Source: the human T2T-CHM13v2.0 reference genome, Homo sapiens
Strand: one strand, 5' to 3'
Assembly: GCF_009914755.1 (NCBI RefSeq)
Contig: NC_060925.1
DNA: 64,000 nucleotides
Part shown: positions 12,296 through 26,375 of the stretch, piece by piece
How the letters are laid out: every line of letters begins with the position of its first letter
Numbering within the stretch: the first letter of the stretch is position 1
Notes under the pieces: model-generated
Told to the model about the DNA's origin: nothing
The model's input: only the letters and a program-made list of their open reading frames with translations
Databases searched by the model: none
Translations under genes and position numbers: made by a program

Positions 12296-15099
12296 TTTCC
12301 AGAAGTAAGAACATGTTCTATTACCTGCCATGAAGAAGAAAACATGGGAGAATATGGGAATCTTCTTTTCTGAAATCTCCTTTGTATGATTTTTCTTTCT
12401 CTCTTTTAAAATCATAGCTATAATTTTAAAAATCTCATTTAAAACTCTCTGTGTTTATTGTAGAAAAAAGTTAGAAAATATAAATAAGCAAAAATAATGT
12501 AAGAACTATGCATAATATCACTACTCTTGGATAATTACTGTTAACACTTTGGTAGACATTATTTCTGACTTTCTTTCTGAAAACACACCCATAAGCACAC
12601 ATATCCTTTAGTTATGCTAGTGACATCTTGAAGGATATTAAGGCTAAGTACATTGAGAAAACTTTACTACTAGATGTTCAAGATGTACCAAGCTTGGAAG
12701 ATGATACAGAACAGTCCTTTACTTTCTCCTCTGAGTTATGTGTCAGTTCATCCAGGTTTGCCTCAGATGGGCTCCCTCTGGGCTCCCTTTTTACCATTTT
12801 TTCTCTCTGCTAGTTTATTGGTTTCCACTCTTGAAAAGGTGGTGTCAGGGCCTTTCATTCTGTGCTTTATTTAGAAGGGATGTTTTGTAAAAATCAGAAT
12901 TAAACATTTACAGGCAAAAAACCCTTTGATTATATTGATGCCTTTTATAGCAAAAATGTAATACTTTACTAGTCTAACAGATTCTCTCTCTCTTTTTTCC
13001 TACCTTAAAAAGGCACAAACAAAACAAAACAGAATGAAATAATAACTGTAACAACAACAATAACAATATAAGAAAAAACAAAACACAAAATTCCTAGGAA
13101 GCAGTAGAAAAGAAAATAAAGAGATGAGGAAGAGCTCTGAGCTCTGACCTGCTTTATATTTACATATGTAAATAGTGTCTCAACATACATCCTATCTCAA
13201 CAATCCATTTGAAAAATGTGATCATATTTTATACAACTTGAAACTCATTTTTTCACATAATAATCATAAACATCTTTTCAATCATCTGATAAATGTATAG
13301 ATTATATTTTAATAGTCAAATATTGCTACATTACATATAACTTATCTAACCTACCCCCAATTATTGGACAGTTATTACCTTGTTTTTGCTGATACAAACA
13401 ATAACAGGCTAAAGTAATTATATAATTATTAATGTCTGGGTTTACAGCCCTTTACACTTATGATAGGTATGTGGAAAATATATAATCAAAGTCATGGCAG
13501 ACATTACTCACAGATCATGACATTAAAGCTGAGCCTGTCAGCACAGTGCTCAATGTATCCACAAATAATTGATTGGAGATGACAAGCTGGTTGAAGTCTA
13601 GGCTGCTGTATCTCTGTGAGTCTTCCTATTGCTAAAAACAGGAATGGAGACAGGTTGGGGAAAATGGCAGATATGAGGCAGGACTAAACTGCAGCTCCCA
13701 TTCAGACAGAGAGCAGCATGTGGAGACTCACATCGTGAACTTTTGCTCCCACATCTATCACAGGAACATACCAGGAAATCTGAGAGAATTCACAGACCCT
13801 CTGAAGGAAGTGAATCACTCTTGCAGGCCCCGAGAGACAGCCAAAGTGTGAAAGTGTGAAAGGGGGATCATCCACCCCCAAACACACACTCTCACTGGGG
13901 AACCTGAAGGTTCAGATCACAAGAGAAGGATTTGACTTTACCCGGGGTTGAGACAATTCTAGAAAGCTGAGCAAAATACAAGGGTAGAAGAAGCAGCTAG
14001 AAGAGCCCTGTGGCTCTCTTGGTCCCCAGGGAAACCATTTCTGACTTTGTCTCACAGAGGTCCTTGGGGAGTGCTGCCAGAGGAACTGGGAAAAGACCAC
14101 AGGGAGGAAACTTTTAGCTGAACTGTGTAACAACTTCAACTGAACACAAAGTTTCCTGGATGGAACTTGAGGGAGGGGTGAATCTGGAGTGCAGACACAG
14201 CACAGAAGCTGTGGCAGGTGGGGAGCCATGAAACCTGAAAGCCCTGCTTGCTTTTACAGCTGGAGATTGGTAGCCTGGAGCAAGTTATCAGCCCTGTTCA
14301 CCCACTGCCTGGAAACAAACTTGGTGCTGTAGAGGGGGCCACAGCAAGAGTGAGACTGGCCTTTGGGATATGTGGGAGCTGGGTGAGGCCTGTAACTGCT
14401 GGATTTCCCCCACTTCCCTGGTGGCCTACAAGACAAGGCAGAGGCAGTCATAATCCCCCTAGGAACATAACTCCATTGGTCTGAGAACCACACACTCCAT
14501 TCCCAACAGTGTCTACAGCAAGCCCCACCCAAGGATAGTCTGAGCTCAGACCTGCCTAACCCTGCCCCCACCTGATGGTCTTTTTCTACCCGCCCTGATA
14601 TCCGAAGACAAAGGACATATTGTCTTGGGAGTTCCAAGGCCCTGCCCACCACCTGATCCTCCCTATACTACCACAGCTGATGCTCTCTTGGAAGTTCACC
14701 TTCTGGAAGGAGACCAACCAGCAAAAAACTAGTACAATAAACAAAACTACAACTAAGAACCTTCACAGAGTCAATTTCACTCCGCTGCCACCTCCACCAA
14801 AGCAGGTGCTGCTATCCATGGCTGAGAGACCTGAAGAAGGATCACATCACAGGACTCTGTGCAGAAATCCCCTGGTACCAGCCCAGTAGCTCTGCTGGGT
14901 GGCTAGATCCAGAAGAGAAATAACAATCACTACAGTTCTGCTCTCAGGAAATCACATCCCTAGGAAAAAGGGGATGGCACTACATCAAAGAAGCACCCTG
15001 TGGGACAAAAGAATCTGAACAGCAGCCCTTGAGCCCCAGATCTTCTCTCTGACATAGTCTACCCAAATAAGAAGGAACCAGAAAAACAATTCTGGTAAT

Positions 15100-16068
15100 A
15101 TGACAAAAGAAGTTTCTTTAGCACATCCAAAAGATCACACTAGCTCATCAGCAATGGATCCAAACCAAGAAGAAATCCCTGATTTACCTGAAAAAGAATT
15201 CAGAAGGTTGATTATTAAGCTAATCAAGGAGGCATCAGAGAAAGGTGAAGTCCAACTTAATGAAATAAAAAAAGATACAAGATATGAAAGGAAAAATCTT
15301 CAGTAAAATAGATGGCATAAATAAAAACCAATCAAAACCTCTGGAAATAAAGGACACACTTAGAAAAATGCAAAATGCACTGGAAAGTCTCAGCAATAGA
15401 CTTGAGCAAGCAGAAGAAAGAACTTTAGATCTTGAAGACAAGGTTTTCAAATTAACACAATCCAATAAAGACAAAGAAAAAAGAAAAAAAAAATGAAAAA
15501 AGCCTCCAAGAAATTTGGGATTATGTTAAATGACCAAACCTAAGAATGATTGGTGTTTCTGAGGAAGAAGAGAAATCTAAAAGTTTGGAAAACATATTTG
15601 AAGAAATAATTGAGGAAAACATCCCCAGCCTTGCTAGAGACTTAGACATCCAAATACAAGAAACTCAAACAACACCTGGGAAATTTATCACAAAAAGATC
15701 ATCACTTAGGCACATAGACATCAGGTTATCTAAAGTCAAGATGAAGGAATGAATCTTAAAAGCTGTTAGGCAAAAGCACCAGGTAACCTATAAAGAAAAA
15801 CCTATCATCAGATTAACAGCAGATTTCTCAGCAGAAACTTTATAAGCTAGAAAGGATTGGGGCCCTATCTTCAGCCTCCTTAAACAAAACAATTATCAGG
15901 AAAGAGCTGTGTATCTAATGAAACTAAGCTTCAGAAATGAAGGAAAGATACAGTCTTTTTCAGACAAACAAATGCTGATAGAATTTGCCACTATCAAGGC
16001 AGCACTAGAAGAACTGCTAAAAGGAGCACTAAATATTGAAACAAATCCCATAAATACACCAAAATAGA
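15100..16068 (+). pseudogene. L1 ORF1 remnant (frameshifted)
   Basis: ORF pieces PEKEFRRLIIKLIKE, LESLSNRLEQAEER and LENIFEEIIEENIPSLARD. Confidence 0.9.
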
Positions 16069-16142
16069 CCCTCTTTAGAGCATAAATCTCACAGACCTAT
16101 AAAACACAATAAATTTGTTTTAAAAGGTGGAAAAATAGCATA

Positions 16143-19100
16143 ATGAATAGAACAGTCCCTCACATCTCAATACTAACATTGAATGTTAATGGCCTAAATG
16201 CTCCACTGAAAAGATACAGAATGGCAGGATGGATAGGAATTCACCAACCAAGTATCTGTTGTCTTCAAAAGACTCACCTAACACATAAGGACTCACATAA
16301 AATTAAGGCAAAGGGGTGGAAAAAGATATTTCATGCAAATGGACATAAAAAGTGAGTGGGAGTAGATATTCTTATATCAGGCAAAACAAGCTTTAAAGCA
16401 GTTAAAAAAGATGAAGAGGGACATATAATGATAAAGAGGCTTGTCCAACAGGAAAATATCACAATCCTAAATATATATGCACATAACACTGGATCTCCCA
16501 AATTTATAAAACAATTACTACTAGACCTAAGAAATGAGGTAGACAGCAATAGATTAATAGTGGAGAACTTCAGTACTCCACTGACAGCACTAGATGGATC
16601 ATCAAGACAGAAAGTCAACAAAGAAACAATGGATTTAAACTATACCCTGGAACAAATGGACTTAACAGATATTTACAGAGCATTCTACCCAAAAACTACA
16701 AAATACACATTATATTCATCAGCACATGGAACATTCTCCAAGATAGACCATATGATAGGCCACAAAACAAGTCTCAATAAATTTAAGAAAATTGAAATTA
16801 TATCAAGAGCTCTCTCAGATCACAGCGAAATAAAATTGGAACTCAACTCCAAAAGGAACCCTCAAAACCATGCAAATACATGGAAATTAAATAAACTGCT
16901 CCCGAATGATTGTTGAGTGAACAATGAAATCAAGATAGAAATAAAAGCATTCTTTGAGCTGAATGATAATAATGACACAACCCATCAAAACCTCTGGGAT
17001 ACAGCAAAGGTGGTGCTAAGTCTGAAAGTGCACAAATAGACAATCTAAGGTCACACTTTAAGGAATGAGAGAAACAAGAACAAACCAAACTTAAACCCAG
17101 CAAAAGAAAACAAATAACCAAGAACAGAGCAGAACTAAATGAAAATGAAACAAAAAAAACAAAAGATAAATAAACAAAAACCTGGTTATTTTAAAAGATA
17201 AATAAAATTGATAGAACATTAGTGAGATTAACCAAGAAAAGAAGAGAGAATATCCAAATAAGCTCAATTAAAAATGAAACAGGAGATATTACAACTGATA
17301 CCACAGAAATACAAAAGATCATTCAAGGCTATTATGAACACCTTTACATGCATAAACTAGAAAACCTAGAGCAGATGGATATATTCCATGAACTATACAA
17401 CCCTCCTAGCTCAAATCAGGAAGAAATAGAAACCCTGAAAAGACCAATAACAAGCAGTGAGATTGAAATGGTAATAAAAAAATTACCAACAAAAAAAATA
17501 TCTAGGACCAGATGGATTCACAGCTGAATTCTATCAGACACTCAAGGAAGAATTGTTACCAATCCTGTTGAAATTATTCCACAATCTAGAAAGAAGGAAT
17601 CCCCCCTAAATCACTCTATGAAGCCAATATCACCCTAATACCAAAACAAGGAAAGGACATAACAAAAAAAGAAAACTACAGACCAATATCCCTGGTGAAT
17701 GTAGATACAAAAATTATTAACAAAATACTAGCTAACCAGATCCAACAGTATATCAAAAAGATAATCCACCATGATCAAGTGGGTTTCATACCAGGGATGC
17801 AGGGATGGTTTAACATATGCAAGTCAATAAATGTGATAAATCACATAAACAGAACTAAAAACAAAAACCACGTGACCCTTCATCTCAATAAATGCAGAAA
17901 AAGCATTTGACAAATTCTAGCATCACTTTATGATTCAAACCCTCAGCAAAATTGTCATACAAGGGACATAACTTAGTGTAATAAAAGCTATCTATGACAA
18001 ACCTACAGCCAACCTAATACTAAATGGGGAAAAGTTGAAAGCATTCCCCCTGAGAACTGGAACAAGACAAGGATGCCCACTCTCACCACTTCTATTAACA
18101 TAGACCTGGAAGTCCTAGCCAGAGAAGTCAGATAAGAGAAAGAAATAAAAGGCATCCAAATCTGTAAAGAGGAAGTCAAACTGTCACTGTTTGCTGATAA
18201 TATAACTGTATATCTAGAAAACCCTAAAGACTCCCCCAAAAAGCTCCTATAACTGATAAATGAATTCAGCAATGTTTCAGTATACAAAATTAATGTACAC
18301 AAATCAGTAGCTCTGCTATACACCAACAGCAACCAAGCTGAGAATCAAATCAAGAGCTCAACCCCTTGTACAATAGCTGCAATCAATCAATCAATCTATC
18401 AATCAATAAACTTAGGAATGTACCTAACCAAGGAGATAAAAGACCTCTACAAGGAAAACTACAAAACACTGCTGCAAAAAAATCATAGACAAAACAAACA
18501 AATGGAAACACATCCTACACTCATGGATGGGCAGAATCGATATAATAAAAATGACCGTACTGCCAGAAGAAATCTATACATTCAATGCAATTTCCATCAA
18601 AATACCATCATTCTTCACAGAACCAGAAAAAAAATTCTAAAATTCATATGGAACCAAAAAAGGGCTCACGTAGCCATAGCAAGGCTAATCAAAAGGAACA
18701 AATCTGGAGGCATTACATTGCCTGATTTCAAAGTATACTATAAGGCCATAGTCACCAAAACAGCATGGTATTGGTATAAAAATAGGCACATAGACCAATG
18801 GAACATAATAGAGAACCCAGAAACAAAACCAGATACTTACAGACAATTGATCTTCGACAAAGCAAACCAAAACTTAAAGTGGGGAAAGAACACTGTCTTC
18901 AACAAATGGTGCTGGGATAGTTGGCAACCCACATGTAGAAGAAGGAAACTGGATCCTTATCTCTTACCTTATACAAGAATCAACGCAAGATGGATCAAGG
19001 ACTTAAATCTAAGACCTGAAACCATTAAAATTCTAGAAGATAACATTGGAAAAACCCTTCTAGACATTGGCTTAGGCAAAGACTTCATGAGCAAGAACCC

Positions 19101-19790
19101 AAAAGCAAATGCAGCAAGACAAAGATAAATAGATGGTACTTAATTAAACTAAAAGGTCTGCACATCACAAGAAACAACCAGCAGAGTAAACAGACAACCC
19201 ATAGAGTGGGAGAAAATATTCCCAATCTATACATCTGACAAAGGACTAATATCCAGAATTTACAAGAAACTGAAACAAATTCTCAAGAAAAAAAACAATC
19301 CCATCAAAAAGTGGACTGAGAACATGAATAAACAATTCTCAAGAGAAGATATACAAAGATATGATATACAAAGATATGGCCAAAAAACATATGAAAAAAT
19401 CCTGAACATCACTAATTATCAGGGAAATGCAAATCAAAACTGCAATGTGATACCATCTTTTTCCTGCAAGAATGGCCATAATAAAAAAAAAAATGAAAAA
19501 AGCAACAGATGTTGACGTGGATGTGGTGAAAAGGGAACACTTTTACACTGCTGGTGGGAATATAAACTAGTACAACCACTATGGAAAACAATATGGAGAT
19601 TCCTTTAAAAACTAAAAGTAGAACAACCATTTGATCCAGCAATTCCACTACTAGGTGTCTACTCAGAGGAAAAGAAGCCATTATACAAAAAAGATACTTG
19701 TGCATGCATGTTTATAGCAGCACAATTCGCAATTGCAAAATATAGAACCAGCCCAAATGCCCACCACTCCACTAGTGGATTAAGAAATTG

Positions 19791-19822
<32 letters not shown>

Positions 19823-19875
19823 CACACACACACAATGGAATACTACTCGGCCATAAAAAGGAATGAATTAATGGC
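16143..19875 (+). pseudogene. L1 ORF2 remnant (endonuclease/RT; multiple stops and frameshifts)
   Basis: [45 protein letters not shown] and GGITLPDFKVYYKA. Confidence 0.92.
19791..19833. repeat. (TA)n(CA)n microsatellite inside L1PB
   Basis: Directly visible. Confidence 0.9.
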
Positions 19876-20156
19876 ATTTGCAACTTGGATGGGATTGGAG
19901 ACTATTAATCTAAGTGAAGTGACTCAGGAATGGAAAACCAAACATTGTATGTTCTCACTCATAATTGGGAGGTAACTGTGAGAATGCAAAGGCATAAGAC
20001 TGAAACAATGGACTTTGAGGACTTGGGGAAAGGGTGGTACGGGGGTGAGGGATAGAAGACTAGAAATTGGGTACAGTGTATACTGCTTGAGTGATGGGTG
20101 CACCAAAATCTCAGAAATCACCACTAAAGAACTTATTCATGTAACCAAATGCCACC

Positions 20157-20683
20157 TGTATTAGTCAGCGTTCTCTAAAGGGACATAACTAATTGGATAA
20201 ATGAATATATGAAGGGGAGTTTATAGAATTGATTCACATGATCACAAGGTGAAGTCCCACAATAGGACACCTGCAAACTGAGGAGCCAGGAAGCCAGTCC
20301 AAGTCCCCAACCTCAAAAGTAGAGAAGCTCATAGTGCAGCCTTCAGTCTGTGGCCAAAGGCCTTAGAGCCCTCGGCAAACCACTGGTATAAGTCAAAGAG
20401 TCCAAAAGCTGAAGAACTTGGAATCTGATGTTTGAGGGCTGGATGCATACAGCAAGGGAGAAAGAGGGAAGCCCAAAGATTCAGCAAGTCTGCTCTTTCC
20501 ATGCCTGCTTTTATGCTGGCAGCTGATTAGATGGTGCCCACCCAGATTGAGGGTGGGTCTGCCTCTTCCAGTCCACTGACTCAAATGTTAATCTCCTTTG
20601 GCAACATACTCACAGAGACAACCCAGAATAATACTTTGCATCCTTCAACCCAGTCAAGTTGACACTAAATATTAACCATCACA
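20157..20683 (-). mobile_element. MLT2A2-like solo LTR (HERV-L)
   Basis: TG...CA termini (tgtattagtc / aaccatcaca); 5-bp TSD CCACC; inserted in L1PB 3'UTR. Confidence 0.88.
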
Positions 20684-20869
20684 CCACCTCTTCCCCAAAA
20701 TCCTACAGAAATGAAACACAACAACCGAAAAACAAACAAACAAACAAACAAACCAGGAATGGAGAGGTATTAGCATCCATTTCACATTGATGATCATAGT
20801 AAATTGTTTGGTACAATATTTATATAAGTTCTACTGAGTTGGCAATTTGCAAAAATAGAGATAGAATAT

Positions 20870-21229
20870 TGATAGGGACTGAATGTTTGTTTCCCCCGAA
20901 GTATACATGTTGGAGTCCCAACCCGCAGTATGATTATATTTGGAGTTAGGGCCTTTATGGAGGTAATTAAAGCCAAATGAGGTGGGACCCTGATTTAATA
21001 GGACTGGTGGTGTCATTAGAAGAGACATGAGTTTAGACTCTCTCTATCATGAGGACACAGCAAGAAGGCAGTTACCTTTAAGCTGAGAACGAGCTCTTAC
21101 CAGAAACCAAATTGGCTGGGACCTTAATCTGGGACTTCTAGCCTCCAGAACTCTTAGAAAATAAATTTCTGTTGTTTAAAACAACTAAGTTTATAATATT
21201 TGTGACAGCAGCCTGAACTGACTAATACA
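20870..21229 (+). mobile_element. MLT1A0-like MaLR 5' LTR
   Basis: tgatagggactgaatgtttg...aaataaatttctgttgtttaa...gactaataca. Confidence 0.85.
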
Positions 21230-21848
21230 AATCTTAGTACTGAGAAGTGGAATGTTGCTGTAACAAATCTGTAAAAACGTGAAGTAGTTTTAGAACTGGG
21301 TGTTGGGTACAGACTGGAAGAGTTTGAGATGCACACTAGAAAAAGCTGAGATTGCCATGAAGAGGTTATTAGTGGGAAAACAGACATTTAATGGTGATTC
21401 TGGTGAGGGCTCAGGAAGAAATAAGGAGAGCTAGAGAGAAAGCTTCCATCTTCTTAGAGAATATATAAATAATCATAAACAGAATGTTGACAGAATATGG
21501 ACATTAAAGGCCATTCTGGTGAGGGCTCAGAAAGAAAACAGAAACAGCATATTAGAAACTTGAGAAAAGCAGTCTTTGTTTTAAAGTGGCAAAGAACTTG
21601 GCTGACTTGTGTTCTAATGTATTGCGGAAGGTAGAATTTATGTGTGATGACATTGGATATTTAGCAAAGAAGATTCCTAAGCTGTGTATTGAAGGTGCTG
21701 ATTTGGCCCTCCTTAGTGCTTACAGTAAAATGCAAGAAGGGAGAGATGAATTGAAGAAGAAATTTTCAAGCAAAAATAAACTAGAATTTGGAGATTTGGA
21801 AATTCTTAGCACTAAGGGTGTGGCTGAACAACAATTTGATAAAGAGAT

Positions 21849-22329
21849 TGTGATGATTAATTTTATGTATCAACTTGACTGGGCCAGGGGTTGTCTGGAT
21901 ATTTGGTTAAACATAATTCTTGGTATGTCTGTGAGGGTGGCTGTGGGTGAGATTAATATTTGAACTGGTAGACTGAGTAAAGCACACTGCTCTCACCAGG
22001 GTTGTCATCTACTCCACTGAAGACCTAAATACAACAAAAGGCTAAGTAAGGGTAAATTTGCTTTCTCTCTGCCTGACCGTCTTCTCCTGCTTTTGAATTT
22101 GAACTCAGACTTGGACTGGAATTTACACTATTAGCAACTCTCCTGGTTCTCAAGCCTTCAAATTTAGACTGTATCTATACTTTCCTGGGTCTCCAGCTTG
22201 CTGACTGCAAATATTGGGACTTCTCAGCCACTGTAATCATGTAAGTCAATTTCTTAAAATAAATCTCTCTCTCTCGCCATATATATATCCTATTTTTTTC
22301 TGTTTCTCTGGAGAACCGAGATTAACATA
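21849..22329 (+). mobile_element. MLT2 (B-D class) solo LTR nested in MLT1A-int
   Basis: tgtgatgattaattttatgtatcaacttgactggg...ctctggagaacc; TSD GAGAT. Confidence 0.85.
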
Positions 22330-22617
22330 GAGATTATGGGTGTGACTCATGGCCTTAATCAGCCATCTCAGTAGAAGCCAGGGATAGAGATTGGATTATA
22401 ATAGCAGAGACCCTGCCAATTTGAACTAATGGTGAGAGTGAAAGTAGGACGGAATGAAGGAAAGCCATTAAATTTCTAGAATTCTATAGAATAGGAAAAT
22501 AGAGCTATTTGGTTGTGAATTTATGCTATTTTTCAAGGAAAGGGAAGAATGGCCCCAAAGGCATTTCAGAGATCATCGCAGCTACCGCTTCCACCACGGG
22601 CCCAGTCAGCAAGGTCA

Positions 22618-22935
<318 letters not shown>

Positions 22936-23863
22936 GGGAGGCAGGGCCACCATGGTGGCATGTCCAGCCAAAGGAACGAAGCAGTTCCACCGAGCCAAGG
23001 AGGTGACACTGCCACCCCTGCAGGTCTGGAAGGGTGGACATTGAACCAATAAGGATCATTCTTGAGCTTTAAGAGCAAATGGAATTTGCCTTGCTGGGTT
23101 TTAGACTTGCTTGAGGCTCATAATCTCTTCCTCATTTCCTATTTCTCCCTTTTGGAATGAGAATATCTATCCTATGCTTGCCACTACATCATATTTTGTA
23201 AGCACATAAGTTTCCTGGTTTCACAGATTCACAGCTGCCGAGGAATTTTGCCTCAGGATGAATTGTACCTGAAGTCTTACCCCATATCTGACTTAGATGA
23301 TATTTAAAGTCTGAACATTAAATTTCGGAGTTGATGATGGAATGAATTAAGACTTTTGAGGCTTTTGGGATAGAAGGAACGTATTTTGCATACATGGAGG
23401 ACATTAATTTTGAGGAGCCAAGAGCGGAATATTATGGGCTAAGTGCTTGTCAACTGAGCTAAGGCAGTTGGTATGTTATTGCTATAGTTAAGAATCAAGG
23501 TTCAGAATTTACTCTGAAAGATATTCATTTGGCTAAACCTGAAAAAAACGTTTTCATTTGAGAGTAAGAAATTTTGAAAAGTTGTGACTAACTTTGGTTG
23601 TAGGTACATTACCTCAACAAATCACAGAATCATGAGATTGACAAGTAATAAAGGAATCTGTTCACTTAGTTCAGCCCCCTAACAATGGAGTAATATTTTC
23701 CAAATGTCACACAGGCTTTTCCATAAATTATTTATGAAAGATTTTTTAATATATGAACTTAGATCTACCCAACTATAACTTCCCTCCATAAGAGCCAATT
23801 CTGCTGTCTTTACCAGACAGAACAATTCTGTTCTTTCCTCCCTTCATTCATCTTTTTAGATGC

Positions 23864-24326
23864 TGTAATGATTAATTTCATGTGCTAACTTGTCTGGGGC
23901 ATGGTGCCCAGATATTTAGCTAAACATTTTGGATGTTTCTTTTGGTTTGTTTTTGGATGAAATGTAAGTTTAAATCGGGGAGTTTGTGGTAAAGCAGAGT
24001 GCTCACTATAATGTGGGTGGGACTTATCTGATCAGTGAAAGGCCTAAATAGAACAAAAGGCTGACCTCCTCTGAGCAAGAGAAAATTCTCCAGCAGACTG
24101 CCTCAGACTTCATCTGCAACATTGCCTTGTACTAGTTCTACAGTAGATTGCCTTTCAACTTGAATAGCAACGTTTTCCTGAGTCCCCAGCCTGCTGGCCT
24201 CTCCTATCAGATTTTGGACTTGCCAAACCTCTACAGTCGTGTGAGCCAGTTCCTTAAAATAAATATCTTTCCATATATACACACATTCTATTGATTCTGT
24301 TTCTCTGGTGAACCCTGAAGAATACA
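23864..24326 (+). mobile_element. MLT2D-like solo LTR
   Basis: tgtaatgattaatttcatgtg...gaaccctgaagaataca; TSD gatgc/gatgt. Confidence 0.85.
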
Positions 24327-24439
24327 GATGTATTATATTTCTTCTCTTTTGAAAGCTATCCATTAACTTCCCACCTCAGCCTTGAAAACACAGAATTCTT
24401 ACAAATACCTCAAAGTTCTACATGATTTTTCTCTCGTTT

Positions 24440-24925
24440 ATGCCACCTCAAAGCCCCCCATCAATAGCTCTCTGGCTTTATGTACTCTTGCTTTCCCCCT
24501 CAATCAATCTAATTTAGTTATGCTGGCTTCTTAGCATATCTATCACAATATTGTTGCATTTGTAATTCTCTCTGATTGAATGTTGGTCTCTCAGATATCC
24601 TTAAGGCTGGGTCTTTGATTTTCTTTATGTCTTTACTCAATTACCATTTTCTCAGTGAAGCTCTTCTTAGTTATTCTTTAAAAAGTTTAATGCCCTCTTC
24701 CAATATTTCCTATTCTCTTTTCTATTGTATTTTTTTCTTAGCACCAACAATAGTTCATTATACTGTATATTTTGCTTTTCATCTTGCTTATCATTTGATT
24801 TCTCCTCTATAATGAAAATTGCATGACAGCTGAAATTCTTTTCTATTTTAGTGCTATATTCCCAACACCTAGGATAGTGATATAATAGGGGATCTATTAA
24901 TATTTGTCAAATAAAAGAATGAATG
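24440..24925 (+). mobile_element. L2a 3' end
   Basis: ttcccaacacctagga...aatatttgtcaaataaaagaatgaatga terminus. Confidence 0.7.
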
Positions 24926-26287
24926 AGAATGTCAGATTATTTTTGAGGATTTTAGGTTAACTAAATATTCACATTGAACACAACGTTTTTGCTTGACTTT
25001 GGCATTTTTATAAACTGTTATTTAATTTGAAATTATAATATATTTCATATCAAATGTGTACCTTAAGTAGTATTCTCCCCTTCTTAATCCACTGCCACAT
25101 GCTGTTATGAAATCAATGAGATCTCTTATAATCAAAAGCATCTTAGAACTAAGAAAATAATGAGTTTTTATATGACAATTCTGATGATGATGGTAGTTAT
25201 GTGTGTCAAGAATTGTGAAGGGCCTGAGATTTGTGTGGAGAAATGGAATAAAATACCTTTAACGGGAACTATTGATTATTACATCATAAAATTCAAAAAT
25301 ATTGTTTGTTATAATCAACCATAAAAAAAAAACTGTGGCAAGACGCCTCTATTCTTATTTATGTATTTATTTTTGTCCTGGCCTTCTCATATTGACTCTG
25401 ATTCAGCTGAAGGATAGTATAAATATAGCAGTAGATAATATAAGACTTCAGACAGATCACTATTGTGGTGAGGGTATGAAATGTACTATGGGTAAAAACT
25501 CTGCTGAAATTATTAGGAATATTTCAGGAGTTCAAGATTTTATGATCACTTTTATATGATCTTGTCATATAATAACTGACATATACATTTATTCCAAATT
25601 CTTCTCATTTCTTAATATTACTTCTGCTGAAAGAGTGTTTTTCAATTCGATGTACTAATTTAATCTTTCTCTTCTAAAATTAAGTAATTGGGGATGTTTT
25701 TCTAATTCTGTCATAAAATTTCCTTTGCTGTAAAATTTTTACACAGAAACTATAAATATTGTGCTTCAAATTTAATGCATTAAAATTATTAAAATGAGGT
25801 AGGTTAATTCTTGTGGAAGGCTGGAATGACCATAGAGAAATATGACTGAATTCAGTAATTTGATATTACAAAAATTCTATGCCTTACCCAAATTTACCAT
25901 TGCTTTTGTCAAGGACTCCTTCTACTCAAGATCTGTGTGTAGAAATTTAAACCATGACTAAATTGAGTCTTTCTCTTTTAAGGTAGTCCCACTGAACACT
26001 TTTGTCTAGACTACTATCCTCTAGGCTAGATTAGAATGGAATTGAGGTTAGTACAGAGAATGGTTATGGGACTCCCTGCTGATGTTCTCACTGAATTTTA
26101 TCTCATGTGGAATGCTCAGTTGAATAGAGAGCTATAGATTCCACAGATATAGATGTGAAGGATGTGGAATTTCCTCAACTGAATTGTGATTTGGTAGGTC
26201 TCTGCTGCATACCTTGCTACTACACCAAGTGTTGTGATGAGTAGGACTCATTATAGAATATTTTCAAAGAGTGTTACTCAGACTACC

Positions 26288-26344
26288 TTTATTAGCCAGG
26301 GTTCTCTTAAAGGGACAGAAAGAATAGGGTATATATCTCATATA

Positions 26345-26375
<31 letters not shown>

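Larger units (their letters stand above)
13651..20749 (+). mobile_element. full-length L1PB (L1PB1-like, L1PBa-type 5'UTR), inactive
   Basis: 5'UTR from 13651 with YY1-like aaaatggc; ORF1 and ORF2 pieces; 3'UTR; (CAAA)n tail; TSD aaaaacaggaatggaga (13634-13650) / aaaccaggaatggaga (about 20750-20765). Confidence 0.92.

Noticed and set aside
16143-19128. Long L1 ORF2-like ORFs as functional CDS
   Set aside because: Fragmented by many stops and frameshifts; a dead element.
21383-21540. Direct repeat gacatt...attctggtgagggctcag
   Set aside because: As I recall, an intrinsic feature of MaLR internal sequences, so not locus-specific.
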